From the NCBI GenBank assembly GCA_021108315.1, contig JAIORE010000354.1:27919-91918 (forward strand): a DNA stretch of 64,000 nt, given 5' to 3'. The notes beneath the pieces were generated by a model. It had not been told where the DNA came from, did not search any database, and saw nothing but the letters and a program-made list of their open reading frames with translations. Each line of letters opens with the position of its first letter. The stretch's first letter is position 1. The stretch comes from Candidatus Cloacimonadota bacterium. Its GTDB lineage: Bacteria > Cloacimonadota > Cloacimonadia > Cloacimonadales > TCS61. Shown one piece after another: positions 45,040 through 53,600 of this stretch. Both the position numbers and the translations under genes were made by a program.

Positions 45040-46956
45040 ATGAAATTCAAAGACAAAAAACTTTTTTTTCTAAACGTAATAATTTTTTCAGTATTAGTAT
45101 TTTCTATATATCTTTTGTATGATTGGATAGAAGTTTTTGAACATAAAACCATTGATAATAGATTTAAAATGCGATGTAAATTAAATCAAAATCTTAAATT
45201 TTCTGATGATATTGTATTTGTAAATATTGATAATTATTCAAAAGAAAAGTCTGGAATGGCAATTTGGCCAAAAGAACTATATGCAAACCTAATTGACAAA
45301 ATATCACAATATGAACCTGAAACAATTGCTCTGGATGTTTTTTTCGGTACAACAAATGACACCTTGGGAAATAGGAGTGTTATAAATTCAGTAAAGGAAT
45401 CGGGAAATATCATTGCTCCTTACATTATTAAGTATTCCGAAGATCAAATATCGGGTGCAATAAATATTCCATCAGAACTATATAATGCTTATTCTTTTGA
45501 TATTCTACCATTAGTGAAAAGTAAAGATATTATTTGTGTTGAAAGAATAGTTTACTCACCTTTACAGGAGATTGTAGAATTCTCAGCAGGAATGGGGTTT
45601 GTAAATATGCAACCTGATAGCGATGGTGTTTTACGTAGGATTCCTATTGTTGCTAACTATAATAACCGTCTTATCTTATCATTTTTTTTTAGATCTGTTT
45701 GCAGTTATTTAAATTATCCACTTGAAAATATAGAAATTGTAAATAGATCGAAGGTTGTTCTAAAAGCATTTCCCATGAAAAAAGGAAAAGCTGATATTAC
45801 CATTCCTCTAGATAAGAACGGGAATATGCTAATTAATTATTCGGGTTCGGTATTTGATTTAAAAAAATCGCATAGTGCTTGGAATTTATTGATTAACACA
45901 AATTATCAATTTGATTTCAAAGATAAATTGGTAATTGTTTCAGATATTTCTTCTGCCCAAAAAGATCACCTTCCAACCCCATTTGATGAAGTTTTATGGA
46001 ATCCATATATTTTTGCTAATGCGATGAATACAGTGTTTAGTGACGGATATTTGAGGGAATTTGGAATTGGAAGTTCCATTTATATATTTATTTTGCTTCT
46101 AATATTCACGATATTAACACTTATAAACTTATATTTAAGAAACTTTATGTTCAATGTTATTTCAATTCTGCTAATCACTTTTTACATAATTCTTAATACG
46201 CTTATTTTTATTTTTGGGAATATTATCCTACCTTTTTTCCCAGTTTTATTGCCAATTTTCGGATTATATCTATTTACAAGCTTATACAAATTCTTCCAAT
46301 CAGAAAAGGAGATTGCTATCTTAGAAGGTAGTTTGACAAGCTATCTTTCACCTGTACTTATGGATAAATTCAAAAAAGATAGATCCAAATTAAAAATCGG
46401 GGGAGAAAGAAAATATATTACAGTTCTATTTTCTGATATTGTAAATTTTACCGGATTTTGTGATGAAGCAGATCCGGCAGCAGTTCAGGAAGTATTAAAA
46501 GAATATTTTGAAAAAGGTGTTGATTTGGTTTTCCATAATAACGGAATTGTAGATAAATACTTGGGAGATGGCATGCTTGCCTTTTTTGAGAACGATGACA
46601 AAACAAAACCAAGCCAGGTTTCTGCTGTAAAGTGTGCTATTGATTTCCAAAAAGTAGCAATTGAATTGAAAGAATATTTTGATAAACGAATGGATTTTGA
46701 CTTTAAAATCAGAATAGGAATTGCTACCGGTTATGCCAAAGTCGGTAACATAGGACCTGAACAAAAGATTGATTATACAATTATTGGCAGTGTTGTAAAT
46801 TTAGCCTCACGCTTAGAAGGTGTCGGAAATCCCGGAGAAATTACTATAGATGAATGGACAAAAAGAGAATTATCGGAAGATATAAAATGTCAAGATTGTG
46901 GTCATCAGGCGATAAAAGGATATAAAAATCCGGTGAAAGTATATAAAATTTTATAA
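45040..46956 (+). CDS. CHASE2 sensor-domain class III adenylate/guanylate cyclase
   Basis: An N-terminal TM segment is followed by the periplasmic CHASE2 pattern (VFVNIDNYS...WP...IALDVFF) and three or four TM helices. The cyclase core has VLFSDIVNFTGF, LGDGMLAFF, RIGIATGYAKVGNIG and IGSVVNLASRLEG. Confidence 0.85.
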   Translation: MKFKDKKLFFLNVIIFSVLVFSIYLLYDWIEVFEHKTIDNRFKMRCKLNQNLKFSDDIVFVNIDNYSKEKSGMAIWPKELYANLIDKISQYEPETIALDVFFGTTNDTLGNRSVINSVKESGNIIAPYIIKYSEDQISGAINIPSELYNAYSFDILPLVKSKDIICVERIVYSPLQEIVEFSAGMGFVNMQPDSDGVLRRIPIVANYNNRLILSFFFRSVCSYLNYPLENIEIVNRSKVVLKAFPMKKGKADITIPLDKNGNMLINYSGSVFDLKKSHSAWNLLINTNYQFDFKDKLVIVSDISSAQKDHLPTPFDEVLWNPYIFANAMNTVFSDGYLREFGIGSSIYIFILLLIFTILTLINLYLRNFMFNVISILLITFYIILNTLIFIFGNIILPFFPVLLPIFGLYLFTSLYKFFQSEKEIAILEGSLTSYLSPVLMDKFKKDRSKLKIGGERKYITVLFSDIVNFTGFCDEADPAAVQEVLKEYFEKGVDLVFHNNGIVDKYLGDGMLAFFENDDKTKPSQVSAVKCAIDFQKVAIELKEYFDKRMDFDFKIRIGIATGYAKVGNIGPEQKIDYTIIGSVVNLASRLEGVGNPGEITIDEWTKRELSEDIKCQDCGHQAIKGYKNPVKVYKIL

Positions 46957-47086
46957 CAGGGAAATTTTTTAAAAACTGTTGAGGTTTTAATCTCAACTCA
47001 ATGTTCTTTTCGAATTGATTAGTAGAATCATAAGTAGTAAGGAGCGGAACAACTTAGAAACGACTAAAAAACTGGAGGAAAAATAA

Positions 47087-48514
47087 GTGTTATCTAACGA
47101 AATTCAGAAAGGGGAATCAAAAATTCTTGAGTTCAAAGAAATGTTTCCTATCTCAGAAAATCTGATTAAAACAGTAATTGCATTTTCCAATACAGCAGGG
47201 GGAAAGATCATTATTGGAATAAATGATGATCGGGAAGTAGTTGGAATTGATGAAAACATTATTTTCGATTTGAGTGATAGAATTTCTTCAATTATATACG
47301 ATAGCTGTTCTCCAAACATTATACCTGAAATTTATACTCAACATATTGAGAATAAAACAGTATTAGTGATAGAAATTTTTAGAGGAAATCTATTACCGTA
47401 CTATATTAAATCAAAAGGGAAGAATAAAGGAACTTATATTCGCATCGGTGCTACAAATAGACCTGCCGGTGACGAGATTATCTTTGAGCTGGAAAGACAA
47501 AGAAGAAATATTAGTTTTGATGAAGAAGCAGATTATCAGATATCTTTAAAAAACAAGGATTATTTACCTCTAAAAATACAATTCAAGGCGATAGAGAAAA
47601 ATTTGAAAAAAAATGATCTTCTAAATCTGAAACTTTTAATCTTAGAAAACAAACAAATCTATCCATCCAAAGCACTATTAATTTTACTTGGAATATATGA
47701 TAATGTTAAAATGAAATGTGCCAGATTCAAAGGAAATGATACTTCGGTATTTTTGGATAGAAAAGAGTACAAAGGAGACCTTTTTGAACAACTATCTAAT
47801 GCAGAAAAATTCATAAAAAATCATATTCAACTCAGAGGTGAAATTAAAGGACTGCAAAGAACAGATACATACGAAATTCCAACTGAAGCAATCAGAGAAG
47901 CATTAGTCAATGCCATTGTTCATAGAGATTATGTGAACCAAGGGCGGGATATAAAAGTTGCCGTATTTGATGATCGTGTTTCCATAGTTTCTCCGGGTGG
48001 ATTTCCCAAAACTATTACCGAAAACGATATATTGCAGGGACGTTCGGAAATACGAAACAAAATTACTGCCAGAATTTTTAAAGAATTAAAATATATAGAA
48101 CAATGGGGTACCGGAATTCAAAGAATCATTACCGTTTGTAAAAAAGCAGATTTACCGGAACCGCAATTCAATGAAACAGGAGATTTTGTAGAAGTTATTT
48201 TATATAAAGAAACTAAGATAGACTCTGTTACTTATTATGACGGAAAACGACCGAATAAAACGACCGAAAACGACCGAAAACGACCGATTAGGACTGATTA
48301 TAATGATCTATCTAATTTTGAAAAAACTGTAATGATATACATCGAAAAGAATGAATCAATTACAAAAAAAATAGTTAAACAACTTATTAGTTGTGGTGAT
48401 ACAAAAGCAAAAGAGATATTAAAAGGTTTATTAACGAGAAAACTAATTGTAAAAAAAGGAAATGGAAGAAGTACACATTATAAAATTAATATTTCGAGTC
48501 GTAAGGAAGAATGA
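47087..48514 (+). CDS. AlbA_2 (Schlafen-type 'divergent AAA') + HATPase_c_4 + C-terminal wHTH putative DNA-binding regulator
   Basis: The GTG start follows GGAGGA. The N-terminal GESKILEFKE...IKTVIAFSNTAGGKIIIGINDD matches AlbA_2. The central EAIREALVNAIVHRDY...GGFP matches the RecG-C/HATPase_c_4 type. The last six codons and the stop lie inside a palindromic repeat. Confidence 0.75.
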   Translation: MLSNEIQKGESKILEFKEMFPISENLIKTVIAFSNTAGGKIIIGINDDREVVGIDENIIFDLSDRISSIIYDSCSPNIIPEIYTQHIENKTVLVIEIFRGNLLPYYIKSKGKNKGTYIRIGATNRPAGDEIIFELERQRRNISFDEEADYQISLKNKDYLPLKIQFKAIEKNLKKNDLLNLKLLILENKQIYPSKALLILLGIYDNVKMKCARFKGNDTSVFLDRKEYKGDLFEQLSNAEKFIKNHIQLRGEIKGLQRTDTYEIPTEAIREALVNAIVHRDYVNQGRDIKVAVFDDRVSIVSPGGFPKTITENDILQGRSEIRNKITARIFKELKYIEQWGTGIQRIITVCKKADLPEPQFNETGDFVEVILYKETKIDSVTYYDGKRPNKTTENDRKRPIRTDYNDLSNFEKTVMIYIEKNESITKKIVKQLISCGDTKAKEILKGLLTRKLIVKKGNGRSTHYKINISSRKEE

Positions 48515-48576
48515 CGACGACTCGAGAAAAAAGTTGAAATCAAATTATTCTCGACTCGACGTTCCTTTCGAGTCGA
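48494..48576. repeat. Double-hairpin palindromic element (TCGAGTCGT...ACGACTCGA and TCGACTCG...CGAGTCGA), intergenic copy
   Basis: TCGAGTCGTAAGGAAGAATGACGACGACTCGA ... TCTCGACTCGACGTTCCTTTCGAGTCGAAA. Both hairpins recur inside the giant ORF at 56353-56462. Confidence 0.65.
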
Positions 48577-48611
48577 AAAATGGAAAATATAAAAAATGTT
48601 AGGAGGAAAAA

Positions 48612-49691
48612 ATGAGCAAGAAACAATTCTTTATAAGTTTGGTAATTATTGGTTTAACGGTTATTTGCAATGCTACAGTTTGGCGTTTGAATAATATCCC
48701 GGGAGTCGATGCCGATTTTATTACAAACTTACAAGATGCAGTTGATGGTGTTACATCTGGAGATACGATTTATGTGGAGCAAAGCCCATTTAGTTACGAT
48801 GGGGCAACAATCTCGAAACAAGTAATTCTGATTGGTGGGGGATATTGGCTTACAGAAAATGATTCTACGCAAGCATCAGAAGAAGAATCGGAAATTGGAG
48901 GTTTAGTATTTAATCCAGGTAGCGAAGGTTCGATAGTTTCCGGTTTTGCCATATATCATGAGCTAACTCTTTTTATGATAACAATCAATACTGATAATAT
49001 TATCATTGAAAGATGTTTTCTTTATTTCGGTGCAAAAGATTATGATAATATTGCTCCAATTATGTATATAAATGGGAATCTAAACAATATTACGATTCGA
49101 CAAAATTGGATGTATTATTATAATGTGAGTGGAGCTGGAGTTTGTATTTATTTCAATGGGGATTCGCAAAATGTACTTATTAAAAATAATTTTATAAGTT
49201 CTAATACAAGCAACCTTAGTGGTGGTTCAATTAGAATGGAAATCGGAAGTACAGTAAACTCTCCTCAAATAAGTAATAATATAATTGAAGGGGAAATTCA
49301 TACTTTTAATTGTGTATATGTAAATAACATTCTTTTAGGAGGTAATTTTTATAATGGTTCCGGTGGAATCATTGCCAACAATCTCTGCAACGGAACTCAA
49401 TTTCCCGATACAGATAACAACCAGCAAAATGTCGATATGGCAACTGTCTTTGTAGATCACGATCTTTACATAGATAACGGCTATATTTTAGCCCCGGGTT
49501 CTCCTGCTATCGGAGCAGGATTTAATGGCGGAGATTGTGGAATGTTCAGTAATGATTATGGTGGAGTTCCTTATGTGTTATCAGGTTTACCTGCTATTCC
49601 GGCAATTTATGAAATAGATTTTAATTCTACGATATTTCCTTCCGATGAAAACACATTGGAAGTGAATGTTAAGGCAAAATCGCATAATTAA
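48612..49691 (+). CDS. Secreted right-handed beta-helix repeat protein (359 aa)
   Basis: The ATG follows AGGAGG. There is a signal peptide or anchor MSKKQFFISLVIIGLTVICNA. Successive PbH1-like turns are NITIRQNWM, VLIKNNFIS, QISNNIIEG, VYVNNILLG and IIANNLCNG. Confidence 0.7.
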   Translation: MSKKQFFISLVIIGLTVICNATVWRLNNIPGVDADFITNLQDAVDGVTSGDTIYVEQSPFSYDGATISKQVILIGGGYWLTENDSTQASEEESEIGGLVFNPGSEGSIVSGFAIYHELTLFMITINTDNIIIERCFLYFGAKDYDNIAPIMYINGNLNNITIRQNWMYYYNVSGAGVCIYFNGDSQNVLIKNNFISSNTSNLSGGSIRMEIGSTVNSPQISNNIIEGEIHTFNCVYVNNILLGGNFYNGSGGIIANNLCNGTQFPDTDNNQQNVDMATVFVDHDLYIDNGYILAPGSPAIGAGFNGGDCGMFSNDYGGVPYVLSGLPAIPAIYEIDFNSTIFPSDENTLEVNVKAKSHN

Positions 49692-49693
49692 TA

Positions 49694-49921
49694 CCGTTTT
49701 GGGAAACCATTAAAATGGTTGATGAGTGTGTATCGTCTATATCACCCATAATTGAAATTATGGGTTTCGACAAAAAGACAGAATACATTGTGTTCATCCG
49801 TAAAATGTGGTTTCGAATCAAAAAAAACTAATTTTACGGATTAGTGCAAAATAGAAGCCCACAAATTCATTTGTGGGAAAAATGATAGATAAAAAATATC
49901 GATAACCGTTTCAACGGTTTA
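49694..49921 (+). repeat. ~230-bp multi-hairpin module, left copy (direct repeat of 50364-50594)
   Basis: It starts with GTTTTGGGAAACCATTAA, homologous to the last six codons and stop of the Y1-transposase gene. It contains the hairpins AACCATT-AA-AATGGTT, CCCATAATT-GA-AATTATGGG, CCGTAAAAT...ATTTTACGG, CCCACAAAT-TC-ATTTGTGGG and AACCGTT-TC-AACGGTT. Confidence 0.7.
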
Positions 49922-49939
49922 CAAAAGGAGTAAATATCA

Positions 49940-50383
49940 ATGTCACATTCTCTGACAAGAATTTGGATTCATTCTGTTTGGGGTATAAAAAATAGATTTC
50001 CTTTTTTGAGTGATACCACAAGAAATGAGATTATTGATCATTTGAAAATAAAATTCGATGAATTCGGTTGTGGAGTCAGAATTATCAATGGGACAGAAGA
50101 TCATATATATTCTCTATTTCTTTTAAATAAGAATGATTCTTTAAAAGCTATTATGAAAAGTATTAAAGGTGAATCCTCGCATTGGATAAATGAAACTAAT
50201 TTTTATAAGGCAAAGTTTTCTTGGCAAATAGGTTATGGAGCTTTTTCTGTTAGTGAATCATTAGTGAAAAAAGTTGAACGATATATCAGAAATCAAAAAG
50301 AGCATCATAAGAAAACATCCTTCAAAGAAGAATGGGATTTGTTAATAAAGAAACATAATATTATTGTTTCGGGAAACCATTAA
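49940..50383 (+). CDS. IS200/IS605-type Y1 (HUH) transposase-like protein, RAYT-like; HUH motif reads H-I-Y
   Basis: 147 aa. The sequence LTRIWIHSVWGIKNRFPFL..., ...GTEDHIYSLFLL..., SWQIGYGAFSVSES and ERYIRNQKEHH (catalytic Tyr region) fits the family. Codons CAT ATA TAT at 50101-50109 give H-I-Y where the family has H-U-H. Confidence 0.75.
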   Translation: MSHSLTRIWIHSVWGIKNRFPFLSDTTRNEIIDHLKIKFDEFGCGVRIINGTEDHIYSLFLLNKNDSLKAIMKSIKGESSHWINETNFYKAKFSWQIGYGAFSVSESLVKKVERYIRNQKEHHKKTSFKEEWDLLIKKHNIIVSGNH

Positions 50384-50594
50384 AATGGTTGATAAGTGTG
50401 TGTTTTTGTTTTGTTTCCTATAATTGAAATTATGGTTTTCTGTAACAAAAGACAGAATACATCGGGTTCATCTGTAAAATGTTGTATTTAGTCGAAAAAA
50501 TTGATTTTACGAATTGGCGTAATAATAGAAACCCACAAATTCATTTGTGGGAAAAAGATAAATAAAAAATATAGATAACCGTTTCAACGGTTTA
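50364..50594 (+). repeat. ~230-bp multi-hairpin module, right copy
   Basis: The order of hairpins is the same as in 49694-49921, with scattered substitutions. It overlaps the 3' end of the Y1-transposase gene and ends ~6 nt before the RBS of the 3982-aa gene. Confidence 0.7.
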
Positions 50595-50613
50595 TTAAAT
50601 GAGGAGCAAAAAA

Positions 50614-53600
50614 ATGAAAAAAATAATTTTATTTTTTATAATAATTTTAATAGTATGTAAAATTTTATATCCTCAATCTCCTGACATAATTGCCCTAGAA
50701 TACTATTTCGATACTGATCCCGGTTTTGGTTACGGAACCCCCATTCCCGTAACACCTGATAGCCTTATTAACGAGAATTTTACGGTTGATATCACCAGTC
50801 TATCAACCGGAAATCACAGATTCTATGTACGCACCAAAGATGAAGATAGTAAATGGAGTTTAACCTATAAACAGGATATTTACAAATCTGATGTAACAAA
50901 CACACCTCCCGAACCTTTACCAAGCATAATCACAGCAGAATACTATTTTGATACTGATCCCGGCTTTGGCAATGGAACACCGATTTCTGTAACTCCAGAT
51001 AGTCTTATAAATAAGGATTTTACGGTTGATCTCACCAGTTTATCAACCGGAAATCACAGATTCTATGTCCGTACTATAGATGAAGATGGTAAATGGAGTT
51101 TAACCTACAAACAGGATATTTACAAAACAGATGTTACCAATACTCCTCCCGAACCTTTACCTGACATCGTCGCAGCAGAATATTATTTCGATACAGATCC
51201 CGGCTTTGGCAATGGAACACCGATTTCTGTAACTCCTGATAGTCTTATTGATAAAAACTTTACAACTGATTTAACCGGTTTATCAACCGGAAATCACAGA
51301 TTCTATATACGCACCAAAGATGAAAACGGTAAATGGAGTTTAACATATAAACAGGATATTTACAAAACAGATGTTACAAATATTCCTGCCGAACCTTTAC
51401 CTGATATTATTGCAGCGGAATACTACTTCGATACAGACCCAGGTTTCGGTAACGGCATTCCGATTACCGTCTCTCCCGATAGTCTTATCAATGAAAACTT
51501 CATTGCAGATATTTATTCATTGGATACCGGAGTGAGTATTTTCAATGTAAGAATTTTGGATGAAAACGGAAACTGGAGTTTGAATCATATTCAGGAGATT
51601 GATATTTCCTTAAATGCGGAATTCAGTGTTTCTGATACGGTAGTTGCTATGGCTCAAGAGATACAATTCAATGACCTCTCATTTGGCAATCCTTCAAATT
51701 GGAATTGGAATTTTGGTGATGGAAACACAAGTATTGAACAAAATCCGACGCATAGTTATTTACAAAATGGTACTTTTGATGTTACTCTTGAAGTTACGGC
51801 AGGAGATTCAGTTTCTTCAATAATCAAAGAAGAATTGATTTTTGTAGATAATTATATGAATGTCGGCGGAACAATTTCGGAAGACACTTTCTGGAATGCC
51901 GATACAATTAAAGTATTCAGTGAAATAAACATCCAAGACGGCGTAACCCTAACCATAGATCCCGGAACTTACGTAGAATTCCAAGGACATTACAAACTCA
52001 ATGTTCAAGGAAGGATTTTAGCAGAAGGCACTCCAGAAGAAATGATTACTTTCACCATAAATGACACAACCGGTTTCAGCAATATTGAAAGCACTGATGG
52101 CGGTTGGCACGGAATAAGGTTTGAGAATACTCCTGCTACGAATGATTCCTCGAAGATTGTTTATTGTATAATTGAGTATGGAAAGGCTATAAACGAAACA
52201 GGTGGTGCTATATCATCTGCTGATTTTTCAAAATTGTTAATTAAAAATAACTTGATTGATAAAAATTATGCTACTTCTGGAGGTGGAATCTATTGTTCAA
52301 GTTCATCTCCAATAATTGAAAGTAACATCATAAATAATAATATAGCTATTATTGGATATGGTGGTGGTATTTATTGTCCATATTCTTCTAATCCTACGAT
52401 AATAAATAATATTATTTCAAATAATTCCTCAGTATCAGGTGGAGGTATTGCCGTATCCACAAATTCTAATCCTTACATATTTAATTGCACTATTGTAGAA
52501 AATTTTGCACAATTTGGTGGGGGTATTTATGCCGATGAAGTTTCCAATCCGACAATGAAAAATACAATTATTAGAGGTAATGTTGCTTCATCTTCCGGAA
52601 ATCAGATTTATATATATGATGACAATTCAGATCCAACTTATGAATTTTGCAATATCGAAGGCGGAAGTGCCGCTTTCGGCTTAAGTGGTGGAGTAACTTA
52701 CACCGGTACCTACCAAAACAACATAGACACAGACCCAAACTTTGCAGGAACCGGAGACCATCCGTACCAACTCGGTGATATGTCATTCTGTGCCAATGCC
52801 GGAACACCGGATACAACCGGATTAAATCTACCGGAATTCGATCTTGCCGGAAATTCGCGTATTTTTAACGATAGAATTGATATTGGTGCTTATGAATATC
52901 ATGGAACGGAATTTCAACCGGATTTTGTGTGGGCAGAGAGTGCGGGTGGTGAAGAAGATGGCTCAGGAAGCGGTATTTGTGTTGATTTATCAGGAAATAC
53001 ATATGTAACCGGCAATTATAGCGGATTAGCTTCCTTTGGAGAAATAAATCTAATAAATAGTGGGGGACAAGATATTTTTGTAGCAAAGATGGATAACGAT
53101 GGAAATTGGCTATGGGCTACTCAAGCGGGAAGCAGTGGTGATGATCGAGGATATTCAATCAAAACTGATATCAATGGAAATTCCTATGTTATTGGTTGTT
53201 ATAGTGGTTCTGCTTCCTTTGGAGAAACCACTCTTCAGACTTATGGTGACTTAGATATATTTGTCGCAAAGATGGATTCCAACGGAAACTGGCTTTGGGC
53301 TACAAAAGCAGGAGGTGATGGTGCAGACACGGGATATTCAATTACAATTGATGACACAGGTAATTTATTAGTTACCGGTTTATTCAGAAATACAGCAACA
53401 TTTGGGGCATACCAGCTTACTTACAGTGGAAATTGCGATATCTTTGTAGCTAAGATGGATGCTAACGGAAACTGGCTTTGGGCTACAAAAGCAGGAGGCA
53501 ACAATACTGATGTAGGCCACTCAATTGCACTTGATGAAACTGGGAACATTTATGTTTCAGGATATTACAGAGATACAGCCAATTTTGGTTCCTATTCTTT

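Noticed and set aside
50514-50530. TTGGCGTAATAATAGAA upstream of the 3982-aa gene as a sigma-54 promoter
   Set aside because: It has the -24 GG but no GC dinucleotide at the -12 position. It lies inside the repeated hairpin module, and the left copy of that module lacks the motif.
5954-50614. ORF-caller start codons at 5966, 8831, 24944, 25372, 37501 and 50599
   Set aside because: In each case the annotated first codon (mostly TTG) lies within or upstream of a GGAGG-type Shine-Dalgarno sequence that is correctly spaced for a downstream ATG beginning a signal peptide or a conserved N-terminus. At 25372 the extension would also cover the sigma-54 promoter.
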